From an uncultured Rikenellaceae bacterium (GTDB lineage: Bacteria; Bacteroidota; Bacteroidia; Bacteroidales; VadinHA17): 64,000 nucleotides of DNA. The stretch spans positions 438,721 to 502,720 of the forward strand of contig CAWDHN010000012.1 in assembly GCA_963802145.1 (NCBI GenBank). Direction: 5' to 3'. Positions 28,593-37,139 of the stretch are shown one piece after another. Below the pieces are notes generated by a model. That model was given only the letters and a program-made list of their open reading frames with translations. It was not told the DNA's origin and did not search any database. Position 1 is the stretch's first letter, and each line of letters starts with the position of its first letter. Made by a program: the position numbers and the translations under genes.

Positions 28593-30197
28593 ATGAAAAA
28601 AAATCTCCATACCGCCATCGTTGTCTTTTTGGTGCTTGCTGTTGCCTCATGCAGGCAGGATAGCGTCAGGAAAGCAGACGGTACTGCCTCTTTCCGTTTT
28701 GAAGAGTACACCATAGAGCAGTTGCAGCAGGGCTATGTCAACGGTGATTTTACCGTCACCGAGGTTGTGCAGGCCTATCTTGACCGCATTGATGCCATTG
28801 ACGATGCCGGCCCTATGCTCAACGCGGTTATCCAGGTCAATCCTGATGCGATGACAATAGCTGCGCAGCTTGATGCCGAGCTTAAGGAGGGCAAGTCACG
28901 CGGACCCATGCATGGCGTTCCGGTGCTGCTGAAGGATAATATAGATACTCATGACGGAATGGAGACCACTGCAGGCTCACGTGCGTTGCGCGGATCGCAT
29001 CCCCTGAAAGACAGTTTCGTGGCGCAGAAGCTGCGTGAGTCCGGAGCGGTGATACTTGGCAAGGCTAACCTGAGCGAGTGGGCCAACTTCCGCGGGAACC
29101 TCTCATCGAGCGGCTGGAGCGGCGTGGGCGGACAGACAAAGAACCCCTACATCCTTGACCGCAACCCGTGCGGCTCCAGCTCGGGGTCAGGCGTGGCAGT
29201 ATCCGCCAACCTCTGCATGATAGCCATAGGTACAGAGACGAACGGCTCAATAGTGTGCCCATCAACCGCCAACGGCATCGTGGGCATCAAACCTACCGTC
29301 GGCCTCCTTAGCCGCAGCGGAATAGTGCCCATCTCATTCACACAGGACACACCCGGACCCATGGGGCGTACCGTGCGCGACGCAGCCACCGCCCTGGGAG
29401 TGATGACGGGGATAGATCCCGCCGACAGCAGGACGGCAGAATCGGAGGGCAAGTACCTTACTGATTACACACCTTTCCTGAAGGAGGAGGGACTGAAGGG
29501 GAAAAGGATAGGATGGTACACGTCGGCACGCGGACAGCATTACAAGGTTGACACCCTGATGCAGAAGGCCGTTGACCATATCCGAAGCCAGGGAGCCGAG
29601 GTGATAGAGATAGACCAGATCTATGACAGGGAGGTGGGCTCGCTATCTTTCCAGGTGCTGCTCTGGGAGTTCAAGGACGGACTGAACAAGTACTTTGCCT
29701 CCCTCGGTGAGAATGCGCCGGTAAAAAATGTCGAGGAACTGATTGCGTTCAACAGCAGTGACAGTGTGGAGCTCCTCTACTATGACCAGGAGCTTCTTCT
29801 CGAAGCACAGAAGAAAGGCAGTGTGGAGTCTAAGGAGTTCATCGATATCGTGGAAAAGATGAACCGCCTGGTCAGGGAGGAGGGCATTGACCGCGTTATG
29901 ACGGAGAACAGGCTTGACGCCTTTATCGCCCCCACGGGGTCACCCGCATGGAAGACCGACCTGATCAACGGTGACGCTTACCTTGTAAGCAGCTCATCAC
30001 CGGCAGCCATCTCTGGCTATCCCAACATCACCGTGCCAATGGGTTTCATTGAAGGGCTGCCCGTGGGAATATCATTCTTCGGCCGGGCCTGGAGTGAGCC
30101 GGTTCTGATTGAGATGGCATATGCCTACGAGACAGGAACGAAGCACCGCAAAGCACCCGGATTTATTCCTGTGTGGCCTCCTGAGACTGACCGTTGA
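28593..30197 (+). CDS. amidase-signature family lipoprotein
   Basis: LKDN, GKANLSEW, GSSSGS, GTETNGSIVCP; lipobox VASC. Confidence 0.92.
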   Translation: MKKNLHTAIVVFLVLAVASCRQDSVRKADGTASFRFEEYTIEQLQQGYVNGDFTVTEVVQAYLDRIDAIDDAGPMLNAVIQVNPDAMTIAAQLDAELKEGKSRGPMHGVPVLLKDNIDTHDGMETTAGSRALRGSHPLKDSFVAQKLRESGAVILGKANLSEWANFRGNLSSSGWSGVGGQTKNPYILDRNPCGSSSGSGVAVSANLCMIAIGTETNGSIVCPSTANGIVGIKPTVGLLSRSGIVPISFTQDTPGPMGRTVRDAATALGVMTGIDPADSRTAESEGKYLTDYTPFLKEEGLKGKRIGWYTSARGQHYKVDTLMQKAVDHIRSQGAEVIEIDQIYDREVGSLSFQVLLWEFKDGLNKYFASLGENAPVKNVEELIAFNSSDSVELLYYDQELLLEAQKKGSVESKEFIDIVEKMNRLVREEGIDRVMTENRLDAFIAPTGSPAWKTDLINGDAYLVSSSSPAAISGYPNITVPMGFIEGLPVGISFFGRAWSEPVLIEMAYAYETGTKHRKAPGFIPVWPPETDR

Positions 30198-30284
30198 CTT
30201 TTTGGGGTTAGCCGTTGACTTCCTGAGACTGACCGTTGATTTTTTGGGATCAGACGTTGTCTTCCTGAGACAGACCGTTGATTT
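30180..30284. repeat. 21-bp tandem repeat x5 with 42-bp higher-order period, spanning the amidase and ppk1 stop codons
   Basis: CCTGAGACTGACCGTTGACTT units alternate with TTTGGG...GTTG.CTT units. Confidence 0.85.
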
Positions 30285-32319
30285 CCGCCAGGTAACGGTG
30301 GACCTCAATCTGCGAACGCAGGGGATTACTGCCGGATTTGACCAGACGGTTTGAAAGCTCCTCATCGTGGAGCCTCGCTTTCACGTTGTCATTCCACTGA
30401 ATGTCAAATACATCTGTGATCTCCTTTTTCAAAGCCGGATCCCAGATCGGACAGGTAACCTCTATCCTTCTGTCAAGGTTACGTGGCATTATATCTGCCG
30501 AGGTTATATAAACCAGCTCGTCTCCGCCATTGGCGAAAATAAGGAACCTTGAGTGTTCAAGGAACCTGTCAACAATGCCTATCGCCCTGATGTTCTCACT
30601 GACACCCTTGACGCCGGGAACGAGTGACAGCATACCCCTGACAATCAGCCTGATCTCAACCCCGGCATTGCCTGCCTTATACAGTTTGGATATGATCTCC
30701 TCATCTGTGAGGTTGTTGATCTTGATATATATGTAGGCCTCCTTTCCGGCTTTGGCATTCTTCATCTCGTTCTCTATCAGCATCACAAGCCTGTTGCGGA
30801 ACCCGAAGGGAGAAAGGATAAGATGGTAGAACTTGTCTTTCCGGTAGTTGGCTATGAAGAAGTTGAAGGCCTTGAGCACCTCGTTGGTGATCTTCTTTTC
30901 TGAGGTAAGGAGCAGGTGATCTGTGTATACCTTTGCCGTATTCTCATTGAAATTCCCGGTTCCCACGGCTGCGTACCTCTGGGTGACATCACCCTTCACC
31001 CTCGTTATCAGGCACATTTTGGAGTGAACCTTCAATCCGGGTACACCGTATATAACCTTCACCCCTTCGTCAAGCAGCTTGTTTCCCCACAGAATATTGG
31101 CCTCCTCGTCGAAACGCGCCTGCAGCTCAACCACTGTCGTTACGCTCTTTCCGTTCCTTGCCGCATTCATCAGCGCGTTGATTACACTCGAGTTCCTTGC
31201 CAGCCTGTAGAGTGTTATGTGAATGGAGGTCACATACGGGTCAATGGATGCCTCCCTCAGAAGATCAATGAAATGGTCAAAGGTGTTATAAGGGAAATAG
31301 AACATTACATCCTTCTTCTTTATGACAGACAATATGCTTTTGCCGGTCTGGATGTCGCGGTGCCTGATCGGAGGGAGCTTCTGATAACTCAGTCCGTCCT
31401 GCTCAATCTTAATGAACTTCATGAAATCCTTGAAGTTGTGATACCTGTCTCCGGGAATCTGAACATCTTCAGGTCCGAGATTCAATTTCCTGGTAAGTAT
31501 CTTAAGCAGGTCAGGCGGCATGTTCCTGTCATAGACGAACCTGACGGCGGTGCCCTTGCGGCGCTGCTGGAGGCTCCGGGAGAGCTTGTCAATGTAACTC
31601 TCGGATATGTCATCAGCTATCTCAAGCTCGGCATCCTTTGTAAGCTTGATGGTGTATGCCGAGAGCTCGTCAAACTGGAGTATATAAAATATCTCCTTCA
31701 ATCCTGACCTTATCACGTCATCAAGGAAGATCACATTCCTGATCCCGTTCTTTTCAGGCAGCTGGATGAACCTGGGCAGTATGTCCGCCGGAGGAATCTC
31801 GAGAAGAGCGTACCTTTTTTTGTCAGACGCGGAGTTTTTGAGCTGAATGGCAAAATAGATCGCATCGTCGGTGAGATCGGGCAGCTTGATCTCTTTATTG
31901 AGTATCAGGGGCATAAGCCTGGTCCTCACCTCTTTGTGGAAGAAGTTCTGTACATATTCTGCCTGTTCGGCATCAAGCTGCTCCTCATTTATAAAATTGA
32001 TTCTGTGCTTCCTGAGTTCCTTCAGAAGGTCATTATAGGTCTTTTCGAACCTCTCATTCTGTTCCAGGACAATCTCCTGGATCTTTTTCAGGGTGGCCTT
32101 TGGACTGTAACCAAGTATGATCTTTGATTTGCTGCCGAAAAGGGAAAGCCTCTTGAGGGTAGCCACCCTCACCCTGAAATACTCATCCAGGTTATTGGAA
32201 TAAATACCGAGGAAATTGAATCTCTCAAGAAGCGGCACTTCTTTGTTCTCCGCCTCCTGCAGGACCCTCTCGTTGAACGAGAGCCAGCTGATCTCCTTCG
32301 GGATGTAGGCTTTGCTCAT
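30250..32319 (-). CDS. ppk1: polyphosphate kinase 1
   Basis: ISWLSFNERVL, SNNLDEYFRVRVA, ARFDEE, LKVHSK, GTGNFNE, DRFLEHSR. Confidence 0.95.
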   Translation of the reverse strand: MSKAYIPKEISWLSFNERVLQEAENKEVPLLERFNFLGIYSNNLDEYFRVRVATLKRLSLFGSKSKIILGYSPKATLKKIQEIVLEQNERFEKTYNDLLKELRKHRINFINEEQLDAEQAEYVQNFFHKEVRTRLMPLILNKEIKLPDLTDDAIYFAIQLKNSASDKKRYALLEIPPADILPRFIQLPEKNGIRNVIFLDDVIRSGLKEIFYILQFDELSAYTIKLTKDAELEIADDISESYIDKLSRSLQQRRKGTAVRFVYDRNMPPDLLKILTRKLNLGPEDVQIPGDRYHNFKDFMKFIKIEQDGLSYQKLPPIRHRDIQTGKSILSVIKKKDVMFYFPYNTFDHFIDLLREASIDPYVTSIHITLYRLARNSSVINALMNAARNGKSVTTVVELQARFDEEANILWGNKLLDEGVKVIYGVPGLKVHSKMCLITRVKGDVTQRYAAVGTGNFNENTAKVYTDHLLLTSEKKITNEVLKAFNFFIANYRKDKFYHLILSPFGFRNRLVMLIENEMKNAKAGKEAYIYIKINNLTDEEIISKLYKAGNAGVEIRLIVRGMLSLVPGVKGVSENIRAIGIVDRFLEHSRFLIFANGGDELVYITSADIMPRNLDRRIEVTCPIWDPALKKEITDVFDIQWNDNVKARLHDEELSNRLVKSGSNPLRSQIEVHRYLAEINGLSQEDNV

Positions 32320-32843
32320 AAAAGGGATTTTGGTATCAGGAAATACTCGGTATTTCCGCTCTCCGGTTCGATGTCAGACCAGTGTGCGGCATCGAACGAG
32401 ACACAAAAGATGCCAGTCTTGGGCAGCACATCCGGTTCATCGGCGGCATAAAAGGCTCCCATTTCGGTGATCAGGGGGTTATGGCCGAAGATCGTGACGG
32501 TGTGCACATCATCATCCTGTCTTGCAATTAAAGGGCCGAACCCTTCCGGCCCGAAGCCCGAGTAAAGTTCAGAGACTATCTCCATTCCATCGGGACTGAC
32601 TTCATACTCCCTGCAGAAGATAATGGCTGTCTCAATTGCCCTGAAAGCAGGGCTGCTTATTACTGTTCCCGGATTTTTCTCCTTCGATTTAAGGATTCGG
32701 GCCATAAGCCTTGACTCCCGTTTCCCCCTGGTTGTGAGGGAACGTTCGAAGTCGGTTATTTCAGGACCCTGTTCTTCAGCCCTTGCGTGTCTTACGAAAA
32801 TAATCTTCCTTCCCCTTGTCGCACTTTTAACGGTCTTTTTCAT
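32316..32843 (-). CDS. sixA: SixA-like histidine phosphatase
   Basis: RHARA, D.ERSLT.RG, SSPA.RA.ET, GHNP. Confidence 0.85.
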   Translation of the reverse strand: MKKTVKSATRGRKIIFVRHARAEEQGPEITDFERSLTTRGKRESRLMARILKSKEKNPGTVISSPAFRAIETAIIFCREYEVSPDGMEIVSELYSGFGPEGFGPLIARQDDDVHTVTIFGHNPLITEMGAFYAADEPDVLPKTGIFCVSFDAAHWSDIEPESGNTEYFLIPKSLL

Positions 32844-32862
32844 ATAAAGCAGAATTAAATTA

Positions 32863-33915
32863 TCATATCCCGAAGCTGGTTCCCATCTCCCTGGCCTGTC
32901 TGACCATGGGATCGTCAGGACATACCAGCTTCGTCTTGCCTGCCACCTCTGAAAGCTTCACGGAGGTTATCTCCCCGTTGCGGTGTGCAACCATCCTGCC
33001 AAATTCGCCTTTGGCTATAAGGGTTGCTCCGGCAGCTCCAAACCTGGATGCCAGCACCCTGTCCATCGGAGAAGGTGACCCGCCTCTCTGTATATAACCA
33101 AGAACTGTCTCTCTTGTTTCCAGTCCGGTTACTTCCTGTATCCTCCTGGCGAGGTATCTTCCTGCAGAGTCTTCACCCTCAGGTACTTTGATGCCTTCAG
33201 CCACCACTACGATTGTATAGGGTTTATTGTTTTCAGCTCTCTTCCGGAGGTAGTCCATCACAATCTTCTCATTATGGGGTATCTCCGGTATCAGTATGAC
33301 ATCTCCTCCTCCTGCCATGCCGGAGTAGAGGGCGAGCCACCCGGCGTTGTGCCCCATAATCTCTATCACCATGATCCTCTTGTGCGAGTTGGCTGTGGAG
33401 TGCAGCCTGTCAATGGCCTCAGTTGCAATATTCACTGCAGAATCAAACCCGAAGGTTATGTCTGTTCCCCAGATGTCATTGTCTATCGTCTTGGGAATAC
33501 CCACCACGTTGAGTCCCTCCTCCGACAGCATGTAAGCCGTCTTCATGGTGCCGTTGCCGCCGATGCATACGAGGCAGTCGAGCCCCATCTGCTCATAATG
33601 CTCTTTGATGAGCATCGGTTTGCGGAACTCGTCCTTCTTCTTTCCGTTGCTCTTGAAGGGTTTCTCCCGCGAGGTCCCGAGAATGGTGCCTCCAAGGGTC
33701 AGGATACCGGAGAGGTGGTGCTCGGTCAGCTCAAAATACTCTTTGTGTATCAGGCCGGCGAAGCCGTCACTGATACCTATCACCTTCATCCCGTATTTGA
33801 CGATGGCAGTCTTGCCGACACCCCTGATGGCGGCATTGATGCCGGGGCAGTCGCCTCCTGCCGTAAGTATGCCTATAATCTGAGGTTTGATTTGCTTATT
33901 GCTGGATTTAGCCAT
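32863..33915 (-). CDS. pfkA: 6-phosphofructokinase (PfkA family, short form)
   Basis: GGDCPGIN, GGTILGT, GGNGT, PKTIDND, EIMG, LGYIQRGG. Confidence 0.93.
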   Translation of the reverse strand: MAKSSNKQIKPQIIGILTAGGDCPGINAAIRGVGKTAIVKYGMKVIGISDGFAGLIHKEYFELTEHHLSGILTLGGTILGTSREKPFKSNGKKKDEFRKPMLIKEHYEQMGLDCLVCIGGNGTMKTAYMLSEEGLNVVGIPKTIDNDIWGTDITFGFDSAVNIATEAIDRLHSTANSHKRIMVIEIMGHNAGWLALYSGMAGGGDVILIPEIPHNEKIVMDYLRKRAENNKPYTIVVVAEGIKVPEGEDSAGRYLARRIQEVTGLETRETVLGYIQRGGSPSPMDRVLASRFGAAGATLIAKGEFGRMVAHRNGEITSVKLSEVAGKTKLVCPDDPMVRQAREMGTSFGI

Positions 33916-34077
33916 AATCGCGTATGTTTTTCCTTTATCAAATGTATGAAAAAATAGAAGGCAAAAAGTAACCCTCTGTTAACTAATGATCTGGTACAAA
34001 AGTAACTGATCGCCATATTGCTGATGTCAGGGATTCGTTACATTTATGTAATTTTATGACGCGCTAACATTTCCCCA

Positions 34078-34953
34078 ATGCCGGCAAAAGAATCCAGACA
34101 GGCAAAAGATATCAAGGCATCGATTCTGTGTCACATCTCAGACTCGCTTGTTCTGCTGTCGCAACAGCCCCTGCCTGACGATGCCGCCATTCATGATATC
34201 AGGGTGATGATGAAGAAACAGCGTGCTGCAGTCAGGCTGGCAAGACCGCTGCTTGAGGAGGCTGTATACACCAGGGAGTACCTTGCCGGGAGAGAGACGG
34301 GACGGATCCTCTCCACATGGAGGGAGACGGCTGTGCTGCGGAAGACAATAAAGGTGCTGAAGAAGGAGAACCCGGAGCTCTTCCTGAAACTGTGGGATAA
34401 TGAAAAGATCCAGCACCTGCTGCGCAAACCCTATGCAACCTGGGTTGAGGCCGGTGTACAGGCGCAAGCCGTCAGTGAGGTAAACGCACAACTGAATAAA
34501 GCTAAGTACAGGCTGAGGTTTGTAGGTCTGAAGGAGCCTGATATCAGACTCCTGCTTGATGCGCTTGACATGAGCTACCGGTCTGCCACGGCGGCATACC
34601 TCCTCTGCCGGAATAACAGCAAACCCCGCCTCCTTCATGAGTTCCGGAAAAAATCCAAGACATTCATGTTCCAGCTCTGTTATTTCAGGCACCTGAACCC
34701 CTCTGTCACGAAGTCGCTGGAGAAGAAGCTCGACAACATGACTCAGAACCTGGGGAAGTACAATGACCTGGAGCAGGTAAAAGCCATGACCGGATACAAA
34801 TATGGCGCCCCTGACAACAGTGATGTGGCCAACGAACTAGCCATAGTGATAAGGGACAAGCAGGACAGGTACCTGGCGAAGGTGTGGCCCGTTGCTTACC
34901 GGATTTTCACTCCGGGGAAGAAACTGCAGGATCTGCTGGATTTGGCCTTTTAA
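34078..34953 (+). CDS. CHAD domain protein (polyphosphate-binding)
   Basis: IHDIRV..KK.RA, LHEFRKK.K, LG.YND motifs; next to the ppk1 operon. Confidence 0.8.
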   Translation: MPAKESRQAKDIKASILCHISDSLVLLSQQPLPDDAAIHDIRVMMKKQRAAVRLARPLLEEAVYTREYLAGRETGRILSTWRETAVLRKTIKVLKKENPELFLKLWDNEKIQHLLRKPYATWVEAGVQAQAVSEVNAQLNKAKYRLRFVGLKEPDIRLLLDALDMSYRSATAAYLLCRNNSKPRLLHEFRKKSKTFMFQLCYFRHLNPSVTKSLEKKLDNMTQNLGKYNDLEQVKAMTGYKYGAPDNSDVANELAIVIRDKQDRYLAKVWPVAYRIFTPGKKLQDLLDLAF

Positions 34954-34954
34954 A

Positions 34955-35066
34955 GACTGGTATCATTCAGAGAGTGGCATCATTCAGTGACTGGCGTCAT
35001 TCAGAGACTGGCATCATTCAGTGCCGGGGATCATTTAGTGCCAGGCGTCATTTACTGTCTGGCGTC
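34955..35066. repeat. 17-bp tandem repeat x6.5 at a convergent junction
   Basis: GACTGGCATCATTCAG(A/T) units at 34955, 34972, 34989, 35006, 35023, 35040 and partial 35057. Confidence 0.9.
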
Positions 35067-35984
35067 GAGACCCTGAACCATTGCCATGAGCTGCATCCTG
35101 TTTTTCACATTGGTTTTGGAATAGATGCGCGAGGTGTGGTCCTTCACCGTCTGAAGGCTTATGAACAGCTTATCGGCTATCTCCTGGTTACTCAGTCCGT
35201 TGCATATCTCCGCAATGATATCGGCCTCCCTTGGTGAGATCTCATGTTTCCTGATGAACTCCGCTATGCCCTGCGGAAGCTGAAGCGAAACAGGAGGAAA
35301 GCATGGCCTGAGGTCCGCCTCGTAGGTGAGGTAGAGTGGCAGAAGCGTTATCGAGGCAAACAGCAGGAAAGCGAAGATAAGTGCCATCCAGACCGAATAG
35401 GGCAGAAGGAGAAGAACGGCGGCCTGAAGTATCGCCCCTGCCGCAACCAGTGCAGCAAGGTAAATCCGGTCGCGCTTCCCGGGCAAATCCGACTTGCCCC
35501 TTATTAGGATGAAGGCGGCTGCTACTGAAAAGAGAACCGCAGCGGCCGCATAATAATATTTGAAAAGAGGAAGAGCCTCGCTGAAATCCATTTCCCTGAT
35601 GACAAAACTCAATGTGATGATAATTCCGAAATTAACCATCAGAAATAACAGCGTCAAGTAATTCCTGAATTGAAATCCTGCTGCCTCTGCTCCAAACTTA
35701 AGCAGCATCATCCAGCCGAACACAAGAAACGGCAGTCCAAGCAAAAGAGAGATGACCGACACTGTCGAGAAGGTCTCCGGGGCAATCCTGCTGCCGGCAA
35801 AGAAGACAATGATGAACTGTCCCCAAATACCGTAAAAGCCGAAAGCAGAGATGAAAATATTGTGATAGAAGAGTGATCTGACAAAAGGCGCAGGGCGTTC
35901 TTCAAGCAGCCTTGTGAGCAGCAGAATGCTTCCGGCAGCCATTGCTGCGCAGAAAATAAATATGACCAGGCTTATAAGCTCCAT
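35052..35984 (-). CDS. membrane-anchored LuxR-family regulator (multi-TM sensor + HTH)
   Basis: ~7 hydrophobic segments; C-terminal ISPRE..I...ICNGLSNQEIADKLFISLQTVKDH. Confidence 0.88.
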   Translation of the reverse strand: MELISLVIFIFCAAMAAGSILLLTRLLEERPAPFVRSLFYHNIFISAFGFYGIWGQFIIVFFAGSRIAPETFSTVSVISLLLGLPFLVFGWMMLLKFGAEAAGFQFRNYLTLLFLMVNFGIIITLSFVIREMDFSEALPLFKYYYAAAAVLFSVAAAFILIRGKSDLPGKRDRIYLAALVAAGAILQAAVLLLLPYSVWMALIFAFLLFASITLLPLYLTYEADLRPCFPPVSLQLPQGIAEFIRKHEISPREADIIAEICNGLSNQEIADKLFISLQTVKDHTSRIYSKTNVKNRMQLMAMVQGLDARQ

Positions 35985-36016
35985 TTCCCGATTTACGTAA
36001 TAATCTGACAAACAGT

Positions 36017-36078
36017 CACTACCAAAGTAGTGCAGGGCATACTTAAGTAGTATTTTAAAAAATCACTACTAAGGTATG
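36017..36078. promoter_or_regulatory. three TAC-N4-GTA palindromic boxes (candidate LuxR operators)
   Basis: TACCAAAGTA 36020, TACTTAAGTA 36040, TACTAAGGTA 36067; -7 element TAGATTTG at 36102. Confidence 0.5.
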
Positions 36079-36153
36079 AAATCCGTGTCACCATCCCGGC
36101 ATAGATTTGCTTCAACAAACAAAATTTTTCTGAACAGTAAAAAGCAAATAAAA

Positions 36154-36936
36154 ATGGAAACGAAAAGAATTTACCGCTTTGTCCCGTCATTCAGCGGCTC
36201 GTATGGTACCGGATGGAAAGTCATGACTGACAATTTCCTGAGGTTATTCCTGGTAGTTATTGTACTCGCCATTATTTCAGGCCCTATGTCATTCTTCGGG
36301 CACAGTAACTGGAAGGTTGATTCATTTGATTTTGACAGCATACCATTTAATATGGATGACTTTTTCAAGATCAGTGCCATTGGCATTGCAGCCGCCTTCA
36401 TGGGGTTGCTGGCCCTGCTCTATGCCTTCCTGCTCAGGCCTGTTTTCAAATACGGTGCGAAAATGATGTTCGTGCAGGCCGTACGTCAGATAACACCCGA
36501 CTTTGAAATGCTTATCCAGGGTTTTCGCAAGAACTATCTGAACATCGTGCTTGCCAACCTGCTCGTAACCGCCCTTGTTGGCATAGGTCTGATCTGCCTG
36601 TTCATCCCCGGGATAATCATCGGATGCCGCCTGGCATTCACCGCCTACCTGGTCATGGACAAAGGACTTGACCCGATAAGGGCTGCCGAGGAGAGCTGGA
36701 GGCTCACACGCGGACACGGATGGAGAATCTTCCTGATGGGCTTTATAGCTTTCTTCATCTATATCGCAGGCTTCATCTGCTTCTTCATAGGGGTGTTCAT
36801 CTCAGACATGTGGATCAAGAGTGCATATGCAACCCTCTACCAGTCGGTGCTCATTGAAAAAGGACTTTACCAGGCTGAACCGGTTCCGGTAGCCGATACC
36901 GTTACTTCCGGAGCACCTGAGACGGAAAACCAGTAA
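36154..36936 (+). CDS. integral membrane protein (DUF975-like)
   Basis: IPGII...RL.F..YL, SW.LTRGHGW..F; start ATG 36154. Confidence 0.7.
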   Translation: METKRIYRFVPSFSGSYGTGWKVMTDNFLRLFLVVIVLAIISGPMSFFGHSNWKVDSFDFDSIPFNMDDFFKISAIGIAAAFMGLLALLYAFLLRPVFKYGAKMMFVQAVRQITPDFEMLIQGFRKNYLNIVLANLLVTALVGIGLICLFIPGIIIGCRLAFTAYLVMDKGLDPIRAAEESWRLTRGHGWRIFLMGFIAFFIYIAGFICFFIGVFISDMWIKSAYATLYQSVLIEKGLYQAEPVPVADTVTSGAPETENQ

Positions 36937-36977
36937 ATTATTGCACCTGTATATTTGAACTTCAAAATCTAATGTGG

Positions 36978-37004
36978 GGGAGCCGGTGATGAGCCGGCTC
37001 TCTT
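36978..37004 (+). terminator. putative terminator hairpin
   Basis: GGGAGCCGG...CCGGCTCTC stem; weak U tract. Confidence 0.5.
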
Positions 37005-37139
37005 GATTACCAGGAGCTCCCTGCGGTGACTGCTCCGGTCCGAGGTCTCCGGATCCGGTCTCCGGTCTGAGGGTTCGGCGGCTGGTGTCTGGCGGATATG
37101 ACTTGCCGGATGGTTCCCGGAATCCAGATACTCTGTGTC

